Source: a virus (Duplodnaviria; Caudoviricetes). From it: a DNA stretch of 54,406 nucleotides. The notes beneath the pieces are model-generated. The model ran no database searches, was not told the origin of the DNA, and saw nothing but the letters and a program-made list of their open reading frames with translations. Location: the IMG/VR virus record IMGVR_UViG_3300020043_000644, positions 1 to 54,406 of that record; one strand, 5' to 3'. Positions 7,951-18,349 of this stretch are shown here, piece after piece; the first letter of the stretch is position 1; each line of letters begins with the position of its first letter. Position numbers and translations under genes: made by a program.

Positions 7951-8726
7951 TGGATGTAAGAAGATACGTACAAGACCTAGACCTATCTCTGGGGCAGTTG
8001 TATCGTGGCAATTGCCCAGTCTGTAAGAGATACAAAACATTCACAGCTATCAATGACAATGGCAAGTTAATGTGGAACTGCTATGCCAACAGTTGCAATG
8101 TGTCTGGCATTACACGCACACATCTAAGTGCATCTGAACTGTACAAGATGATGCGAGAGGAAGTGTTTCACAATGATCTGCCTATCGAATTCAATCTGCC
8201 AGAGTGGATCGTGGTGGACTACGATAAGCCGTACCTAAAAACTTTATGTGATCGGTACAAGCTAGATCCCCACTGGCTAGACCTACGATATGACATTCGT
8301 GAGGATCGGATAGTATTCCCCGTCCGGCATGAAGGTAAGTTAGCTGATGCCACTGGTCGTGCCGGTCACCCTGAGACACAGCCTAAGTGGAGACGCTATG
8401 GTGAGGCACGTTTGCCATACATTGTAGGTGACTCAGGCGTAGCTATAGTCGTAGAGGATTGCATTAGTGCAGCCGTAGTCGATACGTTAGGTGGCACAGG
8501 CTTCGCCCTCTTAGGTACTGCACTATTGGATGAACACAAAGATATGCTTTACAAGTACCCCACTGTTGTGGTAGCATTAGATCCTGATGCAATGAGTAAG
8601 ACCCTGATGTTTACCCGTGAGTTACGAGCCGGTGGTATTAATGCTAAGGCACTTAACCTACATGATGATATCAAGTATCGAACTCCAGAAGATATAGAAA
8701 TGTTGAAACAAATTATAGGAGAGTAA
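7947..8726 (+). CDS. DNA primase (Zn finger + TOPRIM)
   Basis: CPVC...CYANSC zinc motif; VVEDCISA and LDPDA TOPRIM motifs. Confidence 0.85.
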   Translation: MMDVRRYVQDLDLSLGQLYRGNCPVCKRYKTFTAINDNGKLMWNCYANSCNVSGITRTHLSASELYKMMREEVFHNDLPIEFNLPEWIVVDYDKPYLKTLCDRYKLDPHWLDLRYDIREDRIVFPVRHEGKLADATGRAGHPETQPKWRRYGEARLPYIVGDSGVAIVVEDCISAAVVDTLGGTGFALLGTALLDEHKDMLYKYPTVVVALDPDAMSKTLMFTRELRAGGINAKALNLHDDIKYRTPEDIEMLKQIIGE

Positions 8727-9950
8727 ATGGAACTCACGCTGATTAGAAGTCTCATGAACAAGGGCTTCTACGATGAGACAAGAGGTAACAGATGTCCTGA
8801 AAAGCTATTCACTAAAGATACCCGTAAGATTAAATCCGTCATAGACAGTGCGATGGAGCAGTACCAAAGAGATTTAACTGTCGATGAAGTCCAAGCATTA
8901 TTCTTTGCAGCAAACCCCACACTAACTACAGCACAGAAACATTCATACGAATTGCAGTTCAATAAGATTCGTAATGAAGATGTCATGGGTTCTGATGTAG
9001 CTACTGAAGTGCTGAGCAATATGTTCAGGCAGGTAGTCGGTGAGGAGGTAGCTAACCTAGGATTCTCGTATGTCAATGGTGATGAGACTACGATGGAACC
9101 ACTACGCAATATCTTGAATCAATATCAAGATGACTTCACTCCATCGATTCGTATTACATACGTAGACAATAGCATTGATAATCTGTTGGCTACATCTGCA
9201 TCCAATACCAAGTGGAGATTTAATATCCAGTCACTGTTCCAGTCAGTCAATGGACTAGACAATGGCATGCTGTTTGTAATCGGTGCACGTAGTAACGTAG
9301 GCAAGTCAAGCTTTCACAGTACGCTGTGTGCTGCACCACATGGATGGGCACACCAAGGTGCTAAGATTTTAATCCTGTGTAATGAGGAGAAGCCTGAACG
9401 TGTAGCGTCACGTTACATGACTGCTGCTACTGGCATGACCATGGCACAGATCGTGTCAGATAAGAACACAGCACATCGTGTGTATGATCCTATCAAGGAC
9501 AACCTAAAGTTTGTTGATGCTACTGGCAAGACAATGAAGTGGGCTGAGTCAGTTATCAAGAAGCACAAGCCTGACATTGTCGTGATGGACATCGGTAGTA
9601 AGTTTGCTGAGGATGGTGCTGCATCAAACAATCACGAGACACTCAAGGCTAATGCTATATACGCACGCAATATAGGTAAGTTGTATGGATGTCTAGTTGT
9701 GTATTGCACACAGTTGTCGGCTGAAGCAGAGGGCAAGATCGTATTGTCACAGGCTATGATTGAAGGTAGTAAGACAGGACTTGCCGGTGAATCGGATCTC
9801 ATGATTCTCATAGCACGTAATCCACCAATGAATGATCAGACAGAGGATGATGGTATGCGGTACTTAAACATTGTGAAGAACAAGATTAGCGGTGTGCACA
9901 GGATTGTGAACTGTGAGTTTGACTATCAGACTGGAGCATACAGTTCATGA
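8727..9950 (+). CDS. DnaB-like (SF4) replicative helicase
   Basis: Walker A GARSNVGKS, NEE, VVMD, TQLS, IVKNK. Confidence 0.9.
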   Translation: MELTLIRSLMNKGFYDETRGNRCPEKLFTKDTRKIKSVIDSAMEQYQRDLTVDEVQALFFAANPTLTTAQKHSYELQFNKIRNEDVMGSDVATEVLSNMFRQVVGEEVANLGFSYVNGDETTMEPLRNILNQYQDDFTPSIRITYVDNSIDNLLATSASNTKWRFNIQSLFQSVNGLDNGMLFVIGARSNVGKSSFHSTLCAAPHGWAHQGAKILILCNEEKPERVASRYMTAATGMTMAQIVSDKNTAHRVYDPIKDNLKFVDATGKTMKWAESVIKKHKPDIVVMDIGSKFAEDGAASNNHETLKANAIYARNIGKLYGCLVVYCTQLSAEAEGKIVLSQAMIEGSKTGLAGESDLMILIARNPPMNDQTEDDGMRYLNIVKNKISGVHRIVNCEFDYQTGAYSS

Positions 9951-11995
9951 TACTAACCCTTGACGTAGAGAACACAGTCAGTAATCGGGATGGGCGTAAA
10001 CACTTAGACCCATTCGAGACTGGCAATACTCTCGTGATGGTTGGATGCAAACCCTTGGATGAGCCGTGCCAAGTATATACATTCGATCACATGGAGGTAC
10101 AAGAAGATGTGCCGGCTAATCATACTGCGGTACAGAAGTTGCTAGACAAGACTACACTTTTAATCGGGCACAACATCAGTCACGATTTAGTGTGGCTCTG
10201 GGAGTCTGGCTTTAAGTATGATGGTGAAGTATTCGACACCATGCTGGGTGACTATGTGCTGCAGCGTGGTATTAAGATGCCCTTGGACTTAGGCAATGTA
10301 GCTATCCGCCATAACTGCGAGGTACTAAAGCAAGACACGATTAAGGAATACTTCAAGCGTGGGTACAGCACTCGTGATATCCCACATGCAGAGTTGAGCA
10401 TGTACCTTGAGCATGACTTGGGTGCGACTGAAGGTATCTACAAATCCATACAGCGTAAGTTGCAGACACCACAGGATCAGGGTCTAGCTAGTACGATTGC
10501 AATGTCTAACGAAGTATGCATCGTGTTATCCCGTATCTACCAGACAGGCATACGAGTTGATCTTTCTGCCTTGGATATGGTACGTGTGCAGTTCGAGACA
10601 GAGAAGGCTGACATCGAGAAGCTATTGCATGAGCATGTACGTAAGTTGATGGGCGATACTCCAATCAATCTCAATAGCCCAGAGCAGTTGTCATGGGTTG
10701 TGTACAGTCGTAAGCCTAGGAGTAAAGATGCATGGGCTACAGCCATCACACCTTATATGAAGGACACTGAGTTTAAGGATGCAGTCAAGAGGCATTTCGA
10801 TATGGTGTACAAGACAAAGGCAGAGAAGTGCCATAGCTGTAGTGGTAAAGGGTTCTTCTATCGGACTAAGAAAGATGGCAATGCATTTAAGAATTCCACT
10901 AAGTGTGCTACATGCAATGGTGTAGGCTTTGAGTTCAAGCCAACTAAGGAAGTTGCAGGTTTGAAGTTCACTGCACCTAATGCGAAGTGGGCTAGTGCCA
11001 ATGGCTTTGGTACAGCTAAGGACAATCTAGAAACACTAGAGCGTGTGGCTACATCCAAGGGCATGGCAGATGCTGCTGAATTTTTAGGCAAGTTGCGTAG
11101 GCTATCTGCACTGGATAGTTACCTAAGTAACTTCGTTGAGGGTATCTCTAACTTCGTCAAGCCAGATGGTAAGTTACATGTACGCTTGAATCAACACATC
11201 ACTTCGACTGGTAGATTCAGTGGATCTAATCCGAATATGCAGAACATGCCACGGGGTGGTACGTTCCCAGTTAAGCGTGTGTTTGTATCTCGCTTTGATG
11301 GTGGCAAGATTATGGAGGCTGACTTTGCACAGCTAGAGTTTCGTGTAGCTGCATTCCTATCCCAAGATCCAGTTGCCATGAAGGAAGTATCGGAAGGGTT
11401 TGATGTGCACTCGTATACGGCTAAGGTTATTACGGATGCAGGTCAGCCCACATCTAGGCAGGTAGCTAAGACACATACCTTTGCTCCGTTGTATGGTGCA
11501 ACTGGGTATGGTCGTACCCAATCTGAGGCTGCTTACTACACACACTTCATGGAGAAGTACAGTGGTGTGGCAAGGTGGCACAGTGTACTGGCTAAGCAAG
11601 CATTGAATTATGGCTACATTAAAATCCCTAGCAACAGGGAGTTCTCGTTCCCTGATGTCAAGCGTAAGAGGGATGGCACAGTGACACACTTTACTGCCAT
11701 CAAGAACTACCCAGTTCAATCCTTTGCTACTGCTGACATCGTACCCTTGGCACTGGTAGAGATCTATAAGAGATTGAAACCATACCAAAGCTGTGTGGTT
11801 AATTCAGTACACGATTCTATTGTGATTGACGTACACCCTGACGAGGTCCAACAGATAGTGGATGTGATCGATTCAGTACAGGCAGATCTAGTAGGTTTGA
11901 TCAACAATAAATGGAGTATAAATTTCAATGTTCCCCTTGCACTTGAAGCAAAGATAGGGGATAATTGGCTAGAGCAAAAGGAGGTTCACCAATGA
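9947..11995 (+). CDS. polA: family A DNA polymerase with 3'-5' exonuclease and DnaJ-like zinc-finger insertion
   Basis: DVE/GHN exonuclease motifs; TGRFSG.NPN.QN; DFAQLEFR; AKTHTFAPLYG; VHDS; CHSCSGKG and CATCNGVG. Confidence 0.95.
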   Translation: MILTLDVENTVSNRDGRKHLDPFETGNTLVMVGCKPLDEPCQVYTFDHMEVQEDVPANHTAVQKLLDKTTLLIGHNISHDLVWLWESGFKYDGEVFDTMLGDYVLQRGIKMPLDLGNVAIRHNCEVLKQDTIKEYFKRGYSTRDIPHAELSMYLEHDLGATEGIYKSIQRKLQTPQDQGLASTIAMSNEVCIVLSRIYQTGIRVDLSALDMVRVQFETEKADIEKLLHEHVRKLMGDTPINLNSPEQLSWVVYSRKPRSKDAWATAITPYMKDTEFKDAVKRHFDMVYKTKAEKCHSCSGKGFFYRTKKDGNAFKNSTKCATCNGVGFEFKPTKEVAGLKFTAPNAKWASANGFGTAKDNLETLERVATSKGMADAAEFLGKLRRLSALDSYLSNFVEGISNFVKPDGKLHVRLNQHITSTGRFSGSNPNMQNMPRGGTFPVKRVFVSRFDGGKIMEADFAQLEFRVAAFLSQDPVAMKEVSEGFDVHSYTAKVITDAGQPTSRQVAKTHTFAPLYGATGYGRTQSEAAYYTHFMEKYSGVARWHSVLAKQALNYGYIKIPSNREFSFPDVKRKRDGTVTHFTAIKNYPVQSFATADIVPLALVEIYKRLKPYQSCVVNSVHDSIVIDVHPDEVQQIVDVIDSVQADLVGLINNKWSINFNVPLALEAKIGDNWLEQKEVHQ

Positions 11996-12153
11996 AACTC
12001 GAATACAAACATGACGGCAAACAATTCACATTCAGTATCGATGGCGTTGTCGTAGAAAGAAGTAGTAATGTGCATCAACTAGTACAGAAGATTAAGAAGT
12101 ATCGACTAAGCTACGATGCACAAGAATCAAGCAGAAGTAAATATCAAATATAG
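11992..12153 (+). CDS. small hypothetical protein
   Basis: GGAGG RBS and ATGA coupling at 11992. Confidence 0.5.
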   Translation: MKLEYKHDGKQFTFSIDGVVVERSSNVHQLVQKIKKYRLSYDAQESSRSKYQI

Positions 12154-12163
12154 AAAGGTAATC

Positions 12164-13051
12164 ATGTCAGATATTACATTAGTAAACAAGAGTAACTTTG
12201 CAGCAATGGCACAAGCCATGGGTATGGGTGCAGATATTGCTGTGCCTAAAAAACAAAACACACTAGCCCGATTGAAGTTGGATCACAAGGGCATCATGGG
12301 TGAGAGCACTGTCAATGGTAAGAAGAAGAAGGTAGAAGTTGTAGCTGCAGGTAGCTACGTACTGGATCGTCCTAACCTTGACCCAGTGTATGCATCGGAT
12401 GTATCTATCCGTTTGTTCAATCAACGCTTCATGTACAAGCGGTACATCCAAGGCAGTGGCGATAGCAAGGGCAAGTATGTCAAGACTATCATGGCTAAGG
12501 ATTTGAAGGAAGACTTGCGTGACAACGTAGGTGGATTTAACTGCGGTAAACCAAGTGGTTGGATTGAAGACTATCAGGCACTGCCTGCTGAGACCAAGAC
12601 ACTATTGAAATCCATCAAGCGTGTACGTGTACTGTTCGGTCAGGTGACCATGAAGGGTGCAGTCAATGCTAAGGGTGAAGAACTCGGTGATGTTGAGTCT
12701 GTTCCATTCATTTGGGAAGTAGATAACAAGGATGCATTTAAAACCATGGGTGCTCCTATTGCACAGATGGCTAAGCAGAATCGTATCCTGCCCCAGCACA
12801 ACATTAGCCTTGGATCGGATGAGCAATCATTACCTACAGGTGCATCGTACTATTTGCCTACAGCAACACTAGAGTTAGGTAATACGATTGATCTGACAGA
12901 CAATGATCAGGTATTGTTTGCTGACTTCAATGCATGGATTGATAACTACAATGACTACATCGTCAAGGAGTTCAATGACAATGCTAAGGCACAGCCTGAT
13001 GCAGAGCTTGCTGAAATCGTTGAAGAGTTTGTTGACGTAGAGGTAGAGTAA
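12164..13051 (+). CDS. probable single-stranded DNA-binding protein
   Basis: Position after PolA, acidic C-terminus (EEFVDVEVE); start re-placed after GAAAGGT. Confidence 0.55.
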   Translation: MSDITLVNKSNFAAMAQAMGMGADIAVPKKQNTLARLKLDHKGIMGESTVNGKKKKVEVVAAGSYVLDRPNLDPVYASDVSIRLFNQRFMYKRYIQGSGDSKGKYVKTIMAKDLKEDLRDNVGGFNCGKPSGWIEDYQALPAETKTLLKSIKRVRVLFGQVTMKGAVNAKGEELGDVESVPFIWEVDNKDAFKTMGAPIAQMAKQNRILPQHNISLGSDEQSLPTGASYYLPTATLELGNTIDLTDNDQVLFADFNAWIDNYNDYIVKEFNDNAKAQPDAELAEIVEEFVDVEVE

Positions 13052-13908
13052 TGCACCATCCTGCCGAGTTAAAGATACACCAGTATCTCAGTAAGGTCAG
13101 ACATGGCGATAGCACACTTAGCGAAGAGGTTGTAGAACAAATCGTTAGTGATGTCCGTGCTGCCTTACTCCGGCAGTTTGTAGATAAGAGGGATAACAAC
13201 TTCTCATTGCGAATGTCAAACGTAGGGCGTGACTACTGTCAGCTTTGGTTTGATAAGAACAGTCCACAAGATGCTGTTCCTCACTCTACAAATTTCATAA
13301 TCAACATGATGATGGGTGACATAGCTGAGGCTGTGTTCAAAGGTTTATTAACTCAAGCAGGTGTGGCATATGCAAATGGAGATAAGGTAACTCTGGTTGC
13401 GGGTGATCACACGATTCATGGCACACCAGACCTAGTCACTGAAGGTGCAGTCGATGACGTAAAGTCTGCAAGCCCATGGTCCTATGCCAATAAGTTTGTG
13501 GATTACAAAACCCTACACGACAATGATTCATTTGGATATGTAGGACAACTAGCTGGATATGCTAAGGCAATGGACATTAAAGCAGGCGGTTGGTGGGTAA
13601 TCAATAAAGCTAATGGTGAGTTTAAGTATGTGGCTGCCGATACGATTGATCTAGATGCAGAGGTGCAGAAGATTAAAGAGAAGGCAGACAAACTAAAGAA
13701 CAATGAGTTTGAACGATGCTATGAAGCTATACCTGAAACCTATCGTAAGAAAGAGACAGGCAACCTTGTACTCGGAAAGGAATGTGGTTGGTGTTCCTAT
13801 AGGTACAAGTGTTGGAAAGGATTAGAAGAGAGACCATCTCTTGTATCAAGAGCAGAAAACCCACCGATGGTAGCGTATGTACACATTGCTAAGAAAGACA
13901 CAGAGTAA
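13051..13908 (+). CDS. PD-(D/E)XK Cas4-like exonuclease
   Basis: GTPD...DDVKS, QL.GY, C-terminal CGWCSYRYKC. Confidence 0.8.
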   Translation: MHHPAELKIHQYLSKVRHGDSTLSEEVVEQIVSDVRAALLRQFVDKRDNNFSLRMSNVGRDYCQLWFDKNSPQDAVPHSTNFIINMMMGDIAEAVFKGLLTQAGVAYANGDKVTLVAGDHTIHGTPDLVTEGAVDDVKSASPWSYANKFVDYKTLHDNDSFGYVGQLAGYAKAMDIKAGGWWVINKANGEFKYVAADTIDLDAEVQKIKEKADKLKNNEFERCYEAIPETYRKKETGNLVLGKECGWCSYRYKCWKGLEERPSLVSRAENPPMVAYVHIAKKDTE

Positions 13909-14366
13909 TGCGTAAGTTTAGCCAGAAGGCATATGATGCAGCTAAAGCCTATGGCTATCGTAGTGGGCTAGAAAAAACTGTTGAGGAAGATCTAAAGCAA
14001 TTAAATGTAGATGCGAAGTATGAATCTATTAAGATTGAATGGGAAGACTTGTGTTACCGAAAGTACACTCCAGACTTTCTATTACCCAATGGCATCATAG
14101 TCGAGACGAAGGGGTTGTTTACTGTGGCAGATAGGCGTAAGCATCTACTGGTACAGAAGCAACACCCTGAGTTGGATATTCGATTTGTATTTGCAAGTAG
14201 CAAAAGAAGATTAAGCAAGGTATCTAAAACAACGTATGCAGAATGGTGTGAGAAATATAATTTCTTGTACGCAGATAAAAAGATACCAGAGCAGTGGACT
14301 AAAGAACCACCTAAGAAAATAATGCCATTAGAATATAACCCATATAAAGGAACTAAACATGAGTAA
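13908..14366 (+). CDS. endonuclease I (T7 gp3-like Holliday junction resolvase)
   Basis: YRSGLE, YTPDF.LPNGIIVETKG, DIRFVF, TTYAEWC. Confidence 0.9.
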   Translation: MRKFSQKAYDAAKAYGYRSGLEKTVEEDLKQLNVDAKYESIKIEWEDLCYRKYTPDFLLPNGIIVETKGLFTVADRRKHLLVQKQHPELDIRFVFASSKRRLSKVSKTTYAEWCEKYNFLYADKKIPEQWTKEPPKKIMPLEYNPYKGTKHE

Positions 14367-14694
14367 CCCAATTAAAAAAGATGACATCGTATTAATTCTC
14401 CGACCTAACTTTGAGGGTGAAGATTGGAATGGCACAGTAGATTTAAACATGATGTGCATGCCATCCGAAAAACTATCTGAGGATTCTTATCTAGAGTTGT
14501 TGCATTTAATGCAAGGGGTTATTACTTGTTTCCATTTACTAAATCGTGATGAAGAATTTGGTAACATCGTTGCAGATGAAATGGATACCATGATTAAGTC
14601 AGGTGAATTAGTATTCAATGATTTAAATACGCAGAATGAATTCAGTAATGTAATCGATCTAACACAATGGACACAGACAAGGGGGAATGCATGA
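14359..14694 (+). CDS. conserved hypothetical protein
   Basis: AAAGGA RBS; C-terminal T.T.GNA. Confidence 0.7.
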   Translation: MSNPIKKDDIVLILRPNFEGEDWNGTVDLNMMCMPSEKLSEDSYLELLHLMQGVITCFHLLNRDEEFGNIVADEMDTMIKSGELVFNDLNTQNEFSNVIDLTQWTQTRGNA

Positions 14695-15083
14695 GCGTAG
14701 ATCCATTCAATACAAAACGATTGAACGATGCCACTCCAGATGAGTGGAGTGAAGCAGTTAAAAAGTATACGTATGCCGAGCCGGGAACAGAAGATTACTT
14801 TCAAGAAAAGTTGTTTGATAAAGCTGATGACTTGTTTAAGAAAGAAGATGAAGACGAAGTCAATGAACCACAGCACTACAACTACGGCAAGTTTGAAACC
14901 ATTGATGTAATCATAGATACACTAGGTAAGTTTGAAGCGATCAACTACTGCCATGGTAATGTACTTAAATACACCATGAGAATGTGGCACAAGGATAGAC
15001 CCATTACCGATTGCAAGAAAGCAAGATGGTATCTGGATAAGATGATTCAATTACTAGAAGAGACAGAGGGGTTACACTGGTGA
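14691..15083 (+). CDS. DUF3310 protein (T7 gp1.7-like nucleotide kinase family)
   Basis: VNEPQHY...ETID...GNVLKY..R..HK...KARWYL. Confidence 0.8.
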   Translation: MSVDPFNTKRLNDATPDEWSEAVKKYTYAEPGTEDYFQEKLFDKADDLFKKEDEDEVNEPQHYNYGKFETIDVIIDTLGKFEAINYCHGNVLKYTMRMWHKDRPITDCKKARWYLDKMIQLLEETEGLHW

Positions 15084-15259
15084 GCATCATAGTCGAAGTA
15101 CATTTTGAGGTAATCTTAGATCCTGAGAGTATGCCCAATACGTACTCCGACCCAGATTATCTAGAAGAAATCATTGATGAAGCTATCCACGATGCCATGT
15201 ACGATATTGGGGCAGAGAAGGTTAGCAATGTAAGAATGGACATTGAGGGACTTGAATGA
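15080..15259 (+). CDS. 59-aa acidic protein (below cutoff)
   Basis: GTG start; MSIIVEVHFEVILDPE...DIEGLE; coupled at both ends (GTGA, ATGA). Confidence 0.65.
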   Translation: MSIIVEVHFEVILDPESMPNTYSDPDYLEEIIDEAIHDAMYDIGAEKVSNVRMDIEGLE

Positions 15260-17001
15260 ACTACCACGGAATAACAATAGATATAGCTAGGGACAGTCGT
15301 TTATCTGAGCAGGCAATGCAACTGCTTCAGGACTACTACCTACTCACAGAAGAACGAAGCCCACAGGAAGCGTTTGCAAGGGCTGCATTGGCTTATTGTG
15401 CAGGGGATATAGGTCTAGCCCAACGGGTCTACGATTACGCCTCTAAGGGCTGGTTTATGTACGCCAGTCCAGTGTTAAGTAATGCACCTAGATACGGGGA
15501 GAAACCCAAGGCACTGCCCATATCCTGTTTCCTTACCTATGTAGGGGATAACCTAGACGAATTGATTAACCACAATGCTGAGGTAGCTTGGCTATCGGTT
15601 AAAGGTGGTGGGGTAGGTGGACATTGGTCAGATGTGCGGGGTGTCAGTGATAAGGCTCCGGGACCCATACCATTTCTTAAAGTAGTGGATAGTCAGATGA
15701 CTGCATACAAGCAGGGTAAGACTAGGAAAGGAAGCTATGCTGCATACTTGGATGTTAGCCATCCCGACATTGTCGAGTTTACTAATTTTAAGTTGCCCAC
15801 TGGTGGTGACATTAATCGCAAGTGCTTTAATTTATTTAATGCAGTAAACGTATCCGATGCATTCATGCAGGCTGTCATTGATGGCACAGAGTGGGAGCTA
15901 AAGGATCCATCCAATGGTACAGTTCGTGAGACTACACCTGCCCGTCATCTATGGCAGCGTATCTTGGAGGCACGATTCCGTACTGGAAGTCCTTACATTA
16001 ACTTCATTGATACAGCTAACAAAGGATTGCCACAAGAACAGAAAGACATGGGTCTAAAGATTCATGGCAGTAACCTATGCAATGAGATTCATTTAGCTAC
16101 ATCACCAGAGCGTACTGCAGTATGCTGTCTGTCTAGTGTGAACTTAGAAAAGTTTGACGAGTGGAAGAATACACAGATGGTTCGTGATCTCATTCGCTTC
16201 TTAGATAATGTATTGCAAGTATTCATTGACAATGCCCCTGATGATATTGCCAAGGCACGATTCAGTGCACAGCAAGAGCGTAGCTTAGGGCTAGGTGCAA
16301 TGGGATTCCATGGCTACCTACAGAACAGAGGTGTGTCATTTGAAAGTGTGGCAGCTAAGTTAATCAATCGCAATATGTTCAAACACATGAAGGAGGAAGC
16401 AACACATGAGACCAAAGTACTTGCCCAAGAGAGAGGGGCTGCACCCGATATGGTTAAGTCTGGGGTTCGGAATGCTCATCTTATTGCAATTGCTCCTAAT
16501 GCCAATAGTTCTATTATCTGTGGTTGCTCTCCAAGTATTGAACCTATTAAGTCGAATGCTTATGTCCATCGTACACGGGCTGGTTCGCATCTCGTCAAGA
16601 GTGATAGCTTGGCTAGAGTCTTAGACGAGCATCACGAAAACAAAGATGAAGTGTGGGCATCAATCATTATGAATGAAGGTTCTGTACAGCACCTGCCATT
16701 CTTAACGGATGATGAGAAGAGTGTATTCAAGACAGCCTTTGAACTAGATCAAGGATGGGTTGTTGAGCATGCTGCAGATAGACAGCAGTACATATGCCAA
16801 GGGCAATCTGTCAATCTATTCTTCCCTGCAGGTAGCAATAAGTCGTATGTCAATTCGATACACTTACGTGCATGGAAGGCAGGACTAAAAGGATTGTATT
16901 ACTTACGTACTAGTGCAGGTGTGCAGGCTGATAAGGTTGGTCTTAAGGTAGAGCGTGATGCCCTTAAGGATGCTGAGGAGTGCATAAGCTGCCATGGCTA
17001 A
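15256..17001 (+). CDS. nrdA: ribonucleotide reductase class Ia alpha subunit (no ATP cone)
   Basis: SCF, SNLCNEI, IAPNANSS, CQGQS.N, YYLR, C-terminal CISCHG. Confidence 0.95.
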   Translation: MNYHGITIDIARDSRLSEQAMQLLQDYYLLTEERSPQEAFARAALAYCAGDIGLAQRVYDYASKGWFMYASPVLSNAPRYGEKPKALPISCFLTYVGDNLDELINHNAEVAWLSVKGGGVGGHWSDVRGVSDKAPGPIPFLKVVDSQMTAYKQGKTRKGSYAAYLDVSHPDIVEFTNFKLPTGGDINRKCFNLFNAVNVSDAFMQAVIDGTEWELKDPSNGTVRETTPARHLWQRILEARFRTGSPYINFIDTANKGLPQEQKDMGLKIHGSNLCNEIHLATSPERTAVCCLSSVNLEKFDEWKNTQMVRDLIRFLDNVLQVFIDNAPDDIAKARFSAQQERSLGLGAMGFHGYLQNRGVSFESVAAKLINRNMFKHMKEEATHETKVLAQERGAAPDMVKSGVRNAHLIAIAPNANSSIICGCSPSIEPIKSNAYVHRTRAGSHLVKSDSLARVLDEHHENKDEVWASIIMNEGSVQHLPFLTDDEKSVFKTAFELDQGWVVEHAADRQQYICQGQSVNLFFPAGSNKSYVNSIHLRAWKAGLKGLYYLRTSAGVQADKVGLKVERDALKDAEECISCHG

Positions 17002-17440
17002 ACCTCCACGTAAGGTATTTAGTAAGTCGTTATTTGATGAGACAGATACATCTGCAAGAGCCTCAGCTAAATTGTACTGGCAGTCGCTAGGACATACAGT
17101 TGAGGATCACCCTGACAGATACGCTGTGGATTTAATTGTAGATACAGGAACTGAAACATTTTATTGTGAAGTAGAGATCAAGAAGGTATGGTCTGGTGCT
17201 ACATTTAAATACGACACATTACAAATACCAGAGAGGAAGTCAAAGTTTGCTAAGCTAGATAAGCCTGCATATTTTATGGTGTTTAATAACGAAAGAACAC
17301 ATGCATTCTTGTGCCCATCTAGTATACTTCTATCGTCACCTGTAGTTGAGGTGCCTAATAAATATGTATACAAAGGTGAGATGTTCTTTCAGGTACCAGT
17401 TAATTTAATATCAATAGTAGAGATACCAAATGGCAACTAG
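16994..17440 (+). CDS. PD-(D/E)XK-type nuclease-like protein
   Basis: VDL...EVEIK motif. Confidence 0.55.
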   Translation: MAKPPRKVFSKSLFDETDTSARASAKLYWQSLGHTVEDHPDRYAVDLIVDTGTETFYCEVEIKKVWSGATFKYDTLQIPERKSKFAKLDKPAYFMVFNNERTHAFLCPSSILLSSPVVEVPNKYVYKGEMFFQVPVNLISIVEIPNGN

Positions 17441-17993
17441 GAAACATGACGATCAGACGGCAGAAGATCGCATTGATATTGTACTGTTAGAGAATCACAT
17501 ATTCTATTTGTATGATGAGATCGAAGCAGACAATATAGCTAAGTGTATTAAGTGGCTTACCTATGAGAATGTAGATAAGAAAGAAAAGACTTTAACTATC
17601 TACATTAACTCTGGCGGTGGGGATCTATATCAAGCTTTTGCATTGATCGATGTGATGCGGAACAGCAGTCACCCAATCCGTACTGTAGGTGTTGGTTCTA
17701 TTATGAGTGCAGCATTCTTAATTTTCTGTGCTGGTACCAAAGGAGAAAGATACATTGCTGCTAATACTAGTGCTATGTGCCATCAGTTTTCAGACAACAT
17801 CGAAAGTAAATACCACGACTTTAAATCTGCAGTTAAAGAAGCAGACATCTGTAATCAAAAGATGATACAGATCTTGCGTGATGCAAGTGGCATGTCAGCA
17901 ACAGTAGTGAAACAAAAACTATTACCTGCAAGTGATGTATTTTTAACTGCCAAAGAATTAGTTGATTTAAATATTGCCGACCACATACTCTAG
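17430..17993 (+). CDS. clpP: ClpP-family serine protease
   Basis: IYINSGGG, catalytic MSAA, CHQ, DVFLTAKE...IADHI. Confidence 0.9.
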   Translation: MATRKHDDQTAEDRIDIVLLENHIFYLYDEIEADNIAKCIKWLTYENVDKKEKTLTIYINSGGGDLYQAFALIDVMRNSSHPIRTVGVGSIMSAAFLIFCAGTKGERYIAANTSAMCHQFSDNIESKYHDFKSAVKEADICNQKMIQILRDASGMSATVVKQKLLPASDVFLTAKELVDLNIADHIL

Positions 17994-18001
17994 GAGATAC
18001 C

Positions 18002-18349
18002 ATGGCTACCGTACCACACTACGTATTTGATAATAATATTGTTGCACTAAAGAAAGCACATGCTATAGTTGTGTGTGCAATGGAAGCAGCAGGAAATAAA
18101 GTAATAGACAGATCAGAACAGATTGACTATGCTTTATGGGAAGCTAGTGTATTATTAGAAGATGCAATATTTCAATTTGAAGATGAAGTAAGCTGGGATA
18201 CTGCGGGGATTCTGTCCAAGATAGAATGTGTCAAGGAACAGATGGCACAGATCGTAGAGCGATTTGCTGACTGCCCCGTAGTAATTCCTGCTAATGGAAG
18301 TTTATTAACCGAGATAGCTGAGGCTATCAGAAATGCGGAGATAAAATGA
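18002..18349 (+). CDS. hypothetical protein
   Basis: AGGAG RBS. Confidence 0.6.
   Translation: MATVPHYVFDNNIVALKKAHAIVVCAMEAAGNKVIDRSEQIDYALWEASVLLEDAIFQFEDEVSWDTAGILSKIECVKEQMAQIVERFADCPVVIPANGSLLTEIAEAIRNAEIK

Noticed and set aside
13051-13908. Cas4 as part of a CRISPR system
   Set aside because: No other cas genes or array; it sits in the usual replication-exonuclease position.
15598-15625. GG motifs in NrdA (VKGGGVGG), lysozyme (KAGGK) and DUF5872-like AAGGGY as members of the tag family
   Set aside because: They are ordinary conserved parts of those folds, so they were excluded from the count.
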